Positions 17,773-26,724 of a stretch of DNA of 31,489 bases are shown here, piece by piece. Within the stretch, counting starts at the first letter, position 1, and every line of letters starts with the position of its first letter. Source of the stretch: Promethearchaeota archaeon (GTDB taxonomy: Archaea > Asgardarchaeota > Lokiarchaeia > Sigyniarchaeales > SOKP01); the NCBI GenBank assembly GCA_016839585.1, contig JAEOTZ010000062.1:1-31489 (forward strand), read 5' to 3'. The position numbers were made by a program, and so were the translations under genes. The notes below the pieces were generated by a model. It was not told the DNA's origin, ran no database searches, and worked only from the letters and a program-made list of their open reading frames with translations.

Positions 17773-18573
17773 CTAATAATACTCTATTTTAATTTTATCA
17801 TTTTGTATTATCTCTTTGAATATCTTTATTATTTCTCTTTTTCTCTCATCATCTATTGCAAAAACAAAATATTCTGCTGGAATTCTTGCAGTAGAATAGA
17901 TTTGTACTAAATCAGGTTTAATTCTTTTGATTGCATAAGCTAAATTCTTTACATTCTCTGGATTATTGTTTGATATATATTCTTCTCTATATGAATTATA
18001 AAACAGACACTGAATTGCTAGTTTATGGTCCATAGGCATCTCTTTTTTTAATTTTGTAATAGAATCTATTATTGATTCAATTTTAGGTGTTTCTGGATGG
18101 GGACGATTACTTTGTTTGAAATAGTTATTTGTTGCAACATCTAACTTAGCTAAAACTAATTCGAATTGCTTAACTCTTTCCCGAATTTCATCAAAAATTA
18201 AGGTACTAGAATTAGTAAATAAGGTTAATTTAGGTTTTTCATGTGTCCAATTTAAATCATCTCTTACTTCTAAAGCTATTTTTAGGAAATCTAATATATT
18301 TTCATTTAAGGTAGGTTCTCCATTATAACCAAACGTGATAGAGTTTAAATGTGGCACAAATTTTAGGATTGATTTTAATTCCTTTCTAAAAAGAGGGGAG
18401 GGAGGTAATTTTATTCTAAAATTAGGAGAAACTAACTGGTTTTTGCCAGTAGGGCCAATCTCACAATAAACACAATTAAATGTACATAATTTAGATCTTG
18501 GTAAAATATCTACCCCTAATGAGAGTCCTAATCTTCTTGACTGAAACGGTCCATAAGTATATTCTCTTGGCAT
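17773..18573 (-). CDS. Radical SAM protein (COG0731-like)
   Basis: YGP..SRRLG.SLGVD, CTFNCVYC (CxxxCxxC), GEPTL, TNSS and KLD. Confidence 0.9.
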   Translation of the reverse strand: MPREYTYGPFQSRRLGLSLGVDILPRSKLCTFNCVYCEIGPTGKNQLVSPNFRIKLPPSPLFRKELKSILKFVPHLNSITFGYNGEPTLNENILDFLKIALEVRDDLNWTHEKPKLTLFTNSSTLIFDEIRERVKQFELVLAKLDVATNNYFKQSNRPHPETPKIESIIDSITKLKKEMPMDHKLAIQCLFYNSYREEYISNNNPENVKNLAYAIKRIKPDLVQIYSTARIPAEYFVFAIDDERKREIIKIFKEIIQNDKIKIEYY

Positions 18574-18582
18574 TATATATTT

Positions 18583-19347
18583 CTATTTAAAGTAAGTTTT
18601 TATAAAATCCTCTATTGCTTTATTAACTTCAGAAGGTTTCTCTAGCATGACCATGTGCCCCGCTTTCTTAACAATTACAAGTTTCGAATTTTTAATTTTA
18701 TCATGAAAATATTGTGAATATTTAACTGGTGTGAGTTCATCAGCTTTGCCACAAATAATTAAACATGGAATATTGATTGAGCTTGTTTTTTCTAATGCAT
18801 TAAAAGCATCACAGATTTTAAAATCATTATAGGTTACTTCTGGATCTATTTGAGACGTTTCCAAAATAGCATTATCTATTACTTTTTTAGATGTTTTTCT
18901 ATAAAATGAACCAACTCGTAAATAATTTAAATACTCTTGGTAGTTAGGTTTTATTGAATTATATATAAATTGACTTACTCGCAATCTTCCTCCTGTTGCA
19001 CATAGAATTAATGCTGAAACATCATTTGGATATTTGAAATAATATTCCTGTATAACAGCTCCTCCCAAAGAATGTCCACCTAAAATTAATCTTTCAGGTT
19101 TAAGATAATCTGCGAACTTTTTAACAACATCAACATATAAGTCTAATGAAAGAACTGGAAAAATATTTGATTTATTATGAGAAGGTAAATCTAATGCAAT
19201 TATATTATAATCAATATTTAAATAAAACTGATTATCCCAAATATTTGAATTACCCCCTGATCCATGTATAAAGATAAGAGTTTTTTGAGAATTATTATCC
19301 TTAATTTGGTAAAAAATTTGTTTTCCAGAATATTCGAAATATGGAAT
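18583..19347 (-). CDS. Alpha/beta hydrolase
   Basis: FIHGSGG oxyanion loop, ALDLPSH, nucleophile GHSLGG, CGKADELTP (Asp) and AGHMVMLEKP (His). The start is uncertain: the ORF track uses TTG at 19425, but I favour ATT at 19347 (see findings). Confidence 0.9.
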   Translation of the reverse strand: MPYFEYSGKQIFYQIKDNNSQKTLIFIHGSGGNSNIWDNQFYLNIDYNIIALDLPSHNKSNIFPVLSLDLYVDVVKKFADYLKPERLILGGHSLGGAVIQEYYFKYPNDVSALILCATGGRLRVSQFIYNSIKPNYQEYLNYLRVGSFYRKTSKKVIDNAILETSQIDPEVTYNDFKICDAFNALEKTSSINIPCLIICGKADELTPVKYSQYFHDKIKNSKLVIVKKAGHMVMLEKPSEVNKAIEDFIKTYFK

Positions 19348-19459
19348 TGCTAAACACCAATAAAAGTCTTTATTTATATAATTTAAAATTAGATAATAAT
19401 TTAGTTTTAGTATATTAGGATTCAAAAAATAAATTTACAAAACGTAGAGAGTTTGATTT

Positions 19460-21670
19460 CTAATTATCTATTTCAATTTCCCGATGTTGCATTTCTAAAA
19501 GACGTTTATATTTTCCATTCAAGGCAAGTAAACTCTCATGATCTCCTTGCTCAATGATTCTTTTCATATCAGCACTTAAAACAATTATGAGATCTGCATT
19601 CTTAATCGTTGATAAACGATGAGCAATAATAATCGTAGTACGACCCTTACGTGCTTTGTTTAATGCATCTTGAATTAATGACTCTGTATAAGGATCCACC
19701 GAAGAAGTTGCTTCATCTAAAATTAAAATTTTTGGGTCGGTAATTAAAGCTCGAGCAAAAGCAATCAATTGCCTCTGTCCAATTGAAATATTTGAGCCAT
19801 TTTCTTTCAACTTAGTATTATATTTTTTATGGAGAGTTTCAATAAAATTATGTAATCCTAAAAATTTTGAGACTCGAATCATTTTTTCTTCAATTTCAGG
19901 GGTTATCTTATCAAAGGCATATAAAAGGTTTTCCCGAATAGTTCCCGTAAAAAGAAATGCATCTTGTGGAACGAGTCCTATAAGACTTCTCAAATCTTTT
20001 TTTGTAACTTCTCGAACGTCAACACCATCAATTTGAATTTTACCTGAGTTTATATCATAAAAACGAGTAAGAATTTTAGTGATTGTAGTTTTTCCTGCTC
20101 CAGTTTCTCCAACTATCGCTAATGTAGTACCTGCTGCTATTTTTAAAGAAAAATTTCTTAAAACGAAGCCGGCTACTTGCTCATGTTGAATAAGTGTTTT
20201 TTCTTCATTTATAGTATCTTTAACATTTTTTGGAATTTGTTCAAATATTTCAGGTGGAATTGATATGGTAGCAAGAATTCGTAATATAGATTGTAGTGAC
20301 ATTTTGCTCATATCGCTAGATATCATTCCTCTTCCTTCAGCTTCTATCCCCCCACTTTGCTTAAATCTAGATTTAGATCGTATCATTCTTTCTAAAAGTT
20401 TAACCATCCTCAAAATAGTTTCAGAAGGTATTCTTCTCACCATACTGTCGTTTCCAGTTGTCATAGGTTTTATAGTTTTTAATTTTGAATCCCCTTTGAT
20501 ATTATTATCAAAAACATAACCAAAACTGACAGAAGAAAATTCTACATTACCATCTACCTTATCAAAAACCTTTGCACTAATAGGATCAGGTATTTCTGCT
20601 TTTTCTTCTAATAAAGTATATATTCTATCACTGGCTGCCATTGCCGATTCAATTATCTGTTGAATTTGCATTAAGGTCATAAAAGGTCGAAAAAATTGCC
20701 CTAAAATTGTAATGTATGCACTAAGTACTCCTACTGAAACTGTAATTCCAAAAATTGAAACATTTCCTAAGGTTACAAAACCCCCCGCTAATAAAATTCC
20801 CGCTGTAAGAACTGTAGTAATTAGAGAGATTAATGGAAAAATAGTTGCCATATATTTTCTTATCTTAACCATAGCATAATAATTTGCTTTGTTAGCTTCA
20901 TCAAATTCCGAAGATGCTCTCTCTTCTTGACCATATGCTTTAACTACTTTTGCACCCGCAATATTCTCCTGTATTGAGGAAGTTACTTTTCCTATTGTTT
21001 TTCTTGACTCTTTAAAAAACCCTATAGCTACTTTTCTGAAAAGATGTGTAATAGTAAAAAATAATGGAAAAATAACCATGCTAATTAAGGCTAAAAATGG
21101 GTTGAGTATGAACATGAATATGATAGTTAGAAAAATAGAAACAAAGCTTGTTATTATCTGTACAAATTGCCCACCAACTAATTGATTAAGTATTGTTACA
21201 TCATTAGTAGCAATAGAAATAATATCACCCGATGATCTTTGATCAAAATAACTTAAAGACATATTTTGCAATTTAAAGAAAAGATTGTTTCTAATCTCAT
21301 AAGTAACCTTCTGAGATATTTTACCCATACCAAACTGAGATATATAACTTGTAATAGCTATAAGTAAAATCAGGGATATATAGATTGTGCTCAAAAATAA
21401 GGTAAAATAGGTATCTCCTGTTATAATTCCTTTATCAATAATACGTGCTGCAATTATCGGGCTTAACGCAGAGATTATTGTACCGATCAATAAAAAAACC
21501 ATATATAATGAAAATTTCCCTCGAAAGGGCTTTAAGTACGATATTATCCATTTCCATAATTCTTTTCTTTGGTGTTCTAATTTTGATTTATCACCTTCAA
21601 ACATAAATCTACGACGTGCACTTGCATTAGGTTTTATTATTTCCTTTGGTTCTTCTTCAGTTTTATTCAA
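19460..21670 (-). CDS. ABC exporter half-transporter (TMD-NBD, TM288/MdlB-like subunit) with large NBD insertion
   Basis: Six-TM domain, Walker A GETGAGKT, Q-loop VPQD, degenerate signature ISIGQ, Walker B ILDE and switch AHR. The TTG start overlaps the upstream TGA and is preceded by AGGAGG. Confidence 0.93.
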   Translation of the reverse strand: MNKTEEEPKEIIKPNASARRRFMFEGDKSKLEHQRKELWKWIISYLKPFRGKFSLYMVFLLIGTIISALSPIIAARIIDKGIITGDTYFTLFLSTIYISLILLIAITSYISQFGMGKISQKVTYEIRNNLFFKLQNMSLSYFDQRSSGDIISIATNDVTILNQLVGGQFVQIITSFVSIFLTIIFMFILNPFLALISMVIFPLFFTITHLFRKVAIGFFKESRKTIGKVTSSIQENIAGAKVVKAYGQEERASSEFDEANKANYYAMVKIRKYMATIFPLISLITTVLTAGILLAGGFVTLGNVSIFGITVSVGVLSAYITILGQFFRPFMTLMQIQQIIESAMAASDRIYTLLEEKAEIPDPISAKVFDKVDGNVEFSSVSFGYVFDNNIKGDSKLKTIKPMTTGNDSMVRRIPSETILRMVKLLERMIRSKSRFKQSGGIEAEGRGMISSDMSKMSLQSILRILATISIPPEIFEQIPKNVKDTINEEKTLIQHEQVAGFVLRNFSLKIAAGTTLAIVGETGAGKTTITKILTRFYDINSGKIQIDGVDVREVTKKDLRSLIGLVPQDAFLFTGTIRENLLYAFDKITPEIEEKMIRVSKFLGLHNFIETLHKKYNTKLKENGSNISIGQRQLIAFARALITDPKILILDEATSSVDPYTESLIQDALNKARKGRTTIIIAHRLSTIKNADLIIVLSADMKRIIEQGDHESLLALNGKYKRLLEMQHREIEIDN

Positions 21671-23433
21671 GATTCCTCCTCATAATTAGTTCTATTTGTT
21701 TGTTTTTGATATAAAGTCTCATAAATTTGTTTATATAAAACATTTGATTTAATTAATTCATCATGAGTTCCAAATCCAACCACACGTCCTCTATCTAAAA
21801 TCAAAATGTAATCTGCTTCTCTTATAGTCGAGATTCTTTGTGTGATTATTATACTAGTTGTTTTCTTCATTATCTTTGATAATGCTTTTTGAATTCTATA
21901 TTCGGTTTCTACGTCGACTGAACTTGTAGAATCATCTAATATTAAGATTTTGGGTTTAATAATCAATGCGCGTGCGATTGATAAGCGTTGTTTTTGACCC
22001 CCAGATAATCTTGTCCCCCTTTCACCTACCCTAGTATCATATCCTTTTGGTAAAGACGTAATAAAGTTGTGTAAATCCGCAGTCTTAGCAGCTTCAATTA
22101 TTTCATCCAAGGTAGCATCCTTTTTTCCATAAGCAATATTATCTGCAATACTTTTATCGAAAAGAAAGGTCTCTTGAGAAACGATACCAACATTTCTTCT
22201 AAGATCCTTTAAAAGATATTTACGAATATTTTTCTGATCAATTCTAATGCTTCCATCACTAACTTCATAGAATCGAGGAATAAGATTAATAATAGTTGAT
22301 TTACCCGAACCAGTTGTTCCTAAAATAGCCAATATTTTTCCAGAGGGTACTTTAAATGATATATCTTTTAAAATTCTTTTTCCAGAGGTGTATCCAAAAG
22401 ACACATTATCAACTTCAATATCTCCATTTAAGGAAGTAATCGGAATAGCGTCTGGTAAATCTTTTATTTCAGGAGCAGATTCTAATACTTCTCTTACTCG
22501 AGTAAGTGCGGCATCTGCTTGAATATAAACTAACATTATTTGACCCAACATCATTAACGGAAAACCTAGAGCAGCATTATAAGCTATTAATGTTATTAAA
22601 GTATCTAATTTCATCATTCCTTCGATAATACTAATCCCACCAATAATAAAAGTAAAAGTAGTCATAAAACCAATAACTATATAAATCGTTGGCATGTAGA
22701 GTGAATTATACTTCACTGAATCGACACTCGCATTATAAAATCTCTCATTATTCTTCAAGAATTTTTGATATTCTTTATTTTGAGTGCTAAACATCCGCAC
22801 AACCTCTGCTCCTACGATATTTTCTTGAATCGTATTTGTTAAATCGCCAAAACTATCTCTTGTTTCTAAAAAAATGGGTTTTAACTTCTTAGCAATGTAA
22901 TATGATAATATAAGAGAAGACACAATTGCTATTATTAAAAAGTACATTAATTCTATGCTAAATAAAAGAAATCCAATAAATATTCCTCCTATTTGAAGTG
23001 TTGATTGAAGCCCTAAAGTCAAACCCATCCCAAATATTTGTTGAGTTTCCTCTACATCACTAGTAGTACGAGAAATTAATTGTCCTGTTTCAGTCTTATC
23101 AAAGTAAGAGAATGATTGGCGGGAAATAGCATTATTTATGTCTTTTCTAAGATAATATATAGCGCTAGAAGAAACTTCAGCTCCTCTCAATCTTGCTGCC
23201 CTATTAAAAAAATAAGTTAGTAAAGCAAATAGCACTACAAAAAAAAAACTAATCAATAACTTATTTAAATTTGTACTTATTGTTTGACTAGGATCTAATG
23301 CACCGACCATCCTACCAATAAATATTGGTGCAAGGATATAGAAGATTGTAGATAATAAAAGAAAAATGAATTGTAATAGAAAATATTTCTTCGATTTCAA
23401 CCAATACTTGAATATCATTCGAGCAGAATTCAT
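21667..23433 (-). CDS. ABC exporter half-transporter (TMD-NBD, TM287/MdlA-like subunit)
   Basis: Walker A GTTGSGKS, canonical LSGGQ, degenerate Walker B ILDD and switch TQR: the classic degenerate partner of a heterodimer. Confidence 0.93.
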   Translation of the reverse strand: MNSARMIFKYWLKSKKYFLLQFIFLLLSTIFYILAPIFIGRMVGALDPSQTISTNLNKLLISFFFVVLFALLTYFFNRAARLRGAEVSSSAIYYLRKDINNAISRQSFSYFDKTETGQLISRTTSDVEETQQIFGMGLTLGLQSTLQIGGIFIGFLLFSIELMYFLIIAIVSSLILSYYIAKKLKPIFLETRDSFGDLTNTIQENIVGAEVVRMFSTQNKEYQKFLKNNERFYNASVDSVKYNSLYMPTIYIVIGFMTTFTFIIGGISIIEGMMKLDTLITLIAYNAALGFPLMMLGQIMLVYIQADAALTRVREVLESAPEIKDLPDAIPITSLNGDIEVDNVSFGYTSGKRILKDISFKVPSGKILAILGTTGSGKSTIINLIPRFYEVSDGSIRIDQKNIRKYLLKDLRRNVGIVSQETFLFDKSIADNIAYGKKDATLDEIIEAAKTADLHNFITSLPKGYDTRVGERGTRLSGGQKQRLSIARALIIKPKILILDDSTSSVDVETEYRIQKALSKIMKKTTSIIITQRISTIREADYILILDRGRVVGFGTHDELIKSNVLYKQIYETLYQKQTNRTNYEEES

Positions 23434-23601
23434 TAAACTCGTAGCTTTTATTGTTCTCTTTTCTAATATCTACTTACGATTTCTAAGAATAATTTATTTT
23501 TTAATACTCATTTAAGATTTTTTAATACCTAAAGTATCAAGATATATTTAAAATATTATAAAGAAAAAATTAATTTTTTGTTTCCTATTCATTTAAATTT
23601 T

Positions 23602-24414
23602 TTACTGATTTATTTCCATTTTATTAAATGACCAAGCTCCAATTAGTATCATTACTAATCCAAAACTAGTCATAACCAATAAATCAAGCCAAATCGGATA
23701 TAATGAAACACCTAATAAAACCATTCTAAACAAATCTACGGTGTAAGTGTAGGGATTAAATCGCATAGCAATTTGCATCCATTCATCCATGGCATTAACA
23801 GGCATTAAAGCTCCTGAAAGCCAGAACATTGGCATCACAATAAATGTTTGAATTAATCCGAATGATTGAAAATCTCTTAAACGTGTGCTTATGATTAACC
23901 CTAAACCAACAACTCCAATACTAGCTAATAGTGCTATAGGTATTATTGTTAAGACTCTCCAGATCATACCGATATCAAGACTAAAAAAGCCAAAAATTAT
24001 ACTCACTATAAGAAAGATTACGCTTTGAATTACAGTTTGTATTGCAACTCCAAATGTTTTACCAAACATCAAGGTTCTACGGCTTACAGGAGAAGCCATT
24101 AACTCTTTCATAAAACCAAAAAGTCTATCTCGCATTAATCCTAAACCGCCAAAAATTCCCATAAATAAGATCGCCATTGCGCAAATTCCAGAAGCTACAT
24201 AAGAAGTTGATTCAATAACTTTCCCATCAATAACTATTGGAAACTTAGCAAAACCTGCACTAAAAATAAATAGAAATAAGAAACCTTGGGCTATGGATGT
24301 GATTACTCGAGCTTTACTTCTCCAAAATGCTACTATTTCTCTCCTAACTAGCATCCAAACTACGTTATAATTTAGATCCTTTGGCAAAATATTTATCTTA
24401 ACCATTTTTTTCAC
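23602..24414 (-). CDS. ABC-2 type exporter permease (DrrB-like)
   Basis: RDR.FGFMKELMASPVSR....GK, PMFWLSGA..P and NPYTY.VD..R; six TM helices; GTGA overlap with the upstream ATPase gene. Confidence 0.92.
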   Translation of the reverse strand: MKKMVKINILPKDLNYNVVWMLVRREIVAFWRSKARVITSIAQGFLFLFIFSAGFAKFPIVIDGKVIESTSYVASGICAMAILFMGIFGGLGLMRDRLFGFMKELMASPVSRRTLMFGKTFGVAIQTVIQSVIFLIVSIIFGFFSLDIGMIWRVLTIIPIALLASIGVVGLGLIISTRLRDFQSFGLIQTFIVMPMFWLSGALMPVNAMDEWMQIAMRFNPYTYTVDLFRMVLLGVSLYPIWLDLLVMTSFGLVMILIGAWSFNKMEINQ

Positions 24415-25733
24415 TTCCTCAATTGCCTCATTTGAATGAATTTTTTAATATTTTTAATTCGATTAGATGATTCTTCTCTAATAGCATCCCCTGTAAAGAA
24501 TAGAAAAACGTCTTCCAATGTTGGTCTATGCATATTTACATTCTTTATTTTCATATTATTTTTATTTATTTTTTGAATTATTAATGGTAATTGCTTGCCT
24601 CCATCTTCACATGAAATTGAGATTTTTGGTTCAAAATCGGTATCTTCCTCAGAATAATCCCCTTTCTTTATTTTAATTAATTCAGTTTTTATAGAATCTG
24701 GTACTTGCTCTAATAGATTGTCATCAAATAGCTTAGCAATTTGTTTTTTTGCTTCTAATGGAGCATCAAGAAACATTTGGGTTGCCATCGGAAATTTTTT
24801 CCAAGCATTTAGAAGTTTCTTAGGATCTGACATTATTTCTCGCATTCTTGCCTGAATCATTTCAGGATTAATATTTGGCATATTAGCAGGCAGATTTATA
24901 TTCATTGGCATAGTTTCTTGATTATTTTTTGAGTCTCCTAATGAAATATTTCTAACGCCTTCGATTTTCATGATTTCAGGGAAAATCTGAGGGAATTCAA
25001 TACGATTTTCTATTTTCTCAAATTCAAGGTCAATTATATCTCCTGATAACTTCTTTTTAAGATTTTCAGATGTGTCCATAGCAATAATTTTACCATGATC
25101 CATTATACAAATCCTATCAGCAAGTTCATCAGCTTCTTCCATGTAGTGTGTAGTTAATAAAATTGTTATATTGAGTTGATTTAGCCCCTTTATTTTTTCC
25201 CATATTTTGCGTCGTGTTTGTGGATCCAATCCCAAAGTTGGTTCATCAAGAAATAGCACTTCAGGTTCATGAATTAAACCTCTTGCTATTTCTAATCGTC
25301 GTTTCATACCACCTGAGTAATTTTTCACGTATAAATCAGCTTTATCTTCAAGATTTACTAGTTTTAATACTTCATTAATCTTATCACGTCTTTCCTTTTT
25401 TGGCATTCCATAAAGAATTGCATGTAATTCCAGGTTTTCCCTACCTTTCATATCACTATCAAGACTCGGTTCCTGAAATACAATCCCTATACTTTTCCTC
25501 ACACTTTTGGAATCTTTTCGAATATTAAAAGTATTTACAGTAGCCTCTCCTTCAGTTGGAGTTAATAAAGTTGCTAGCATTGAAATTGTTGTCGTTTTAC
25601 CAGCACCATTGGGTCCTAATAGAGCAAAAATCTCACCTTTCTGAATCTCAAAGCTAATATTATCAACTGCTAAAATATTACCTTCATTATAGATTTTTGT
25701 GAGATTTTTTACTTCAATTATATTATCCGTCAT
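24411..25733 (-). CDS. ABC-2 type exporter ATP-binding subunit (DrrA-like) with insertion in the C-terminal domain
   Basis: GPNGAGKT, YSGGMKRRLEIARGL, FLDEPT.GLDP, TTHYMEEAD and C-terminal PTLEDVFL..TG. Confidence 0.93.
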   Translation of the reverse strand: MTDNIIEVKNLTKIYNEGNILAVDNISFEIQKGEIFALLGPNGAGKTTTISMLATLLTPTEGEATVNTFNIRKDSKSVRKSIGIVFQEPSLDSDMKGRENLELHAILYGMPKKERRDKINEVLKLVNLEDKADLYVKNYSGGMKRRLEIARGLIHEPEVLFLDEPTLGLDPQTRRKIWEKIKGLNQLNITILLTTHYMEEADELADRICIMDHGKIIAMDTSENLKKKLSGDIIDLEFEKIENRIEFPQIFPEIMKIEGVRNISLGDSKNNQETMPMNINLPANMPNINPEMIQARMREIMSDPKKLLNAWKKFPMATQMFLDAPLEAKKQIAKLFDDNLLEQVPDSIKTELIKIKKGDYSEEDTDFEPKISISCEDGGKQLPLIIQKINKNNMKIKNVNMHRPTLEDVFLFFTGDAIREESSNRIKNIKKFIQMRQLRK

Positions 25734-25830
25734 TTTCCTATCAAATTAAATTATTAATTAGAAAAATAATTTTTCATTTTATTTTATAAAGATATTTTGG
25801 TAGTAAAAATAATTAAAAAAAATTACTTAA

Positions 25831-26724
25831 TTATACGTTTTTGCTTTGTCTTCGTTTATACAGAAAGTATGCTAAGGTTAGAAATATACCTATATAAATC
25901 ACCATTCCTATAAATGCAGCAGTTCCTGTTGGGGTGAGCCAGTTTTTATAAAATATAGGTTCTTCTGCTTGTGGAGGTTGCATATCCATATAAATATATC
26001 TAGGATTAGGCATCGCCATGCTTTGAGCTATGATCCCCTCATAATAAGTAAGTATGAAAAGGGGTTCAAAATCTAAACCTGTAAATGTTAAAATCATACT
26101 AACCAAATTGAATACTATCAACAGAAAAAGTATACTGACGATAATGGTTGCTGTTGAACTTTTCATTATACTGCTCATAAAAGTTACAAATGTAAATAAT
26201 GAGAAAGTGTATAATAAAGCCCAACCCATTGATCCCCATATAACTATAGGAATCTCTCCATATTTTATGAAAGTGATCGCTCCAATCAGAACATAATAAA
26301 AGAAAAGACATATTGCATTTAGGATGTATCGTGAAATTACTCTACCAATTAATAGACGTGTTTTACTTATTTTGGGGAATAATAAATTTCCTGTTTGCTT
26401 TTGAAAATCCTCGGCAATAATCGAACCCCCAAATAAGGCAGTACTTATTATAAGCATAAATCCGAACATTGCTAAATAATCCTTAATAAAAATAATGGGA
26501 TCAGCTGGCAATTCTTTACCTTGTAGAGCTTGTAGCTCTTGAATTGTCAAGAAAAGAATAAAAACTCCTAGAAATATCAGTAGTACAAGGAAAAAATTCT
26601 TCAAATTTTTCTTAAATTCAAAAGTAATTGTATCACTAATTTGAGTGAAATTTCTCTTTAATCCAGCTCTCTGTTTTTCTATTGGAATTATACCTGTTTT
26701 GATTTCTTCACTTTCTAAGGTCAT
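25831..26724 (-). CDS. ABC-2 family transporter permease
   Basis: Six hydrophobic segments and IIAEDFQKQTGNLLFPKISK..L..GR motif; TAATG-coupled to the upstream ATPase gene. Confidence 0.88.
   Translation of the reverse strand: MTLESEEIKTGIIPIEKQRAGLKRNFTQISDTITFEFKKNLKNFFLVLLIFLGVFILFLTIQELQALQGKELPADPIIFIKDYLAMFGFMLIISTALFGGSIIAEDFQKQTGNLLFPKISKTRLLIGRVISRYILNAICLFFYYVLIGAITFIKYGEIPIVIWGSMGWALLYTFSLFTFVTFMSSIMKSSTATIIVSILFLLIVFNLVSMILTFTGLDFEPLFILTYYEGIIAQSMAMPNPRYIYMDMQPPQAEEPIFYKNWLTPTGTAAFIGMVIYIGIFLTLAYFLYKRRQSKNV

Noticed and set aside
20168-20515. Intein or archaeal intron as the explanation for the NBD insertion
   Set aside because: No N-terminal Cys/Ser splice junction, no His-Asn followed by Cys/Ser/Thr, no LAGLIDADG motif, the site is a variable loop, and no bulge-helix-bulge pairing is evident.
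20265-20519. Antisense 84-aa ORF coinciding with the NBD insertion
   Set aside because: Its Ile/Leu/Ser-rich composition is what the reverse frame of a K/E/M-rich gene yields; no motif or translation signals.
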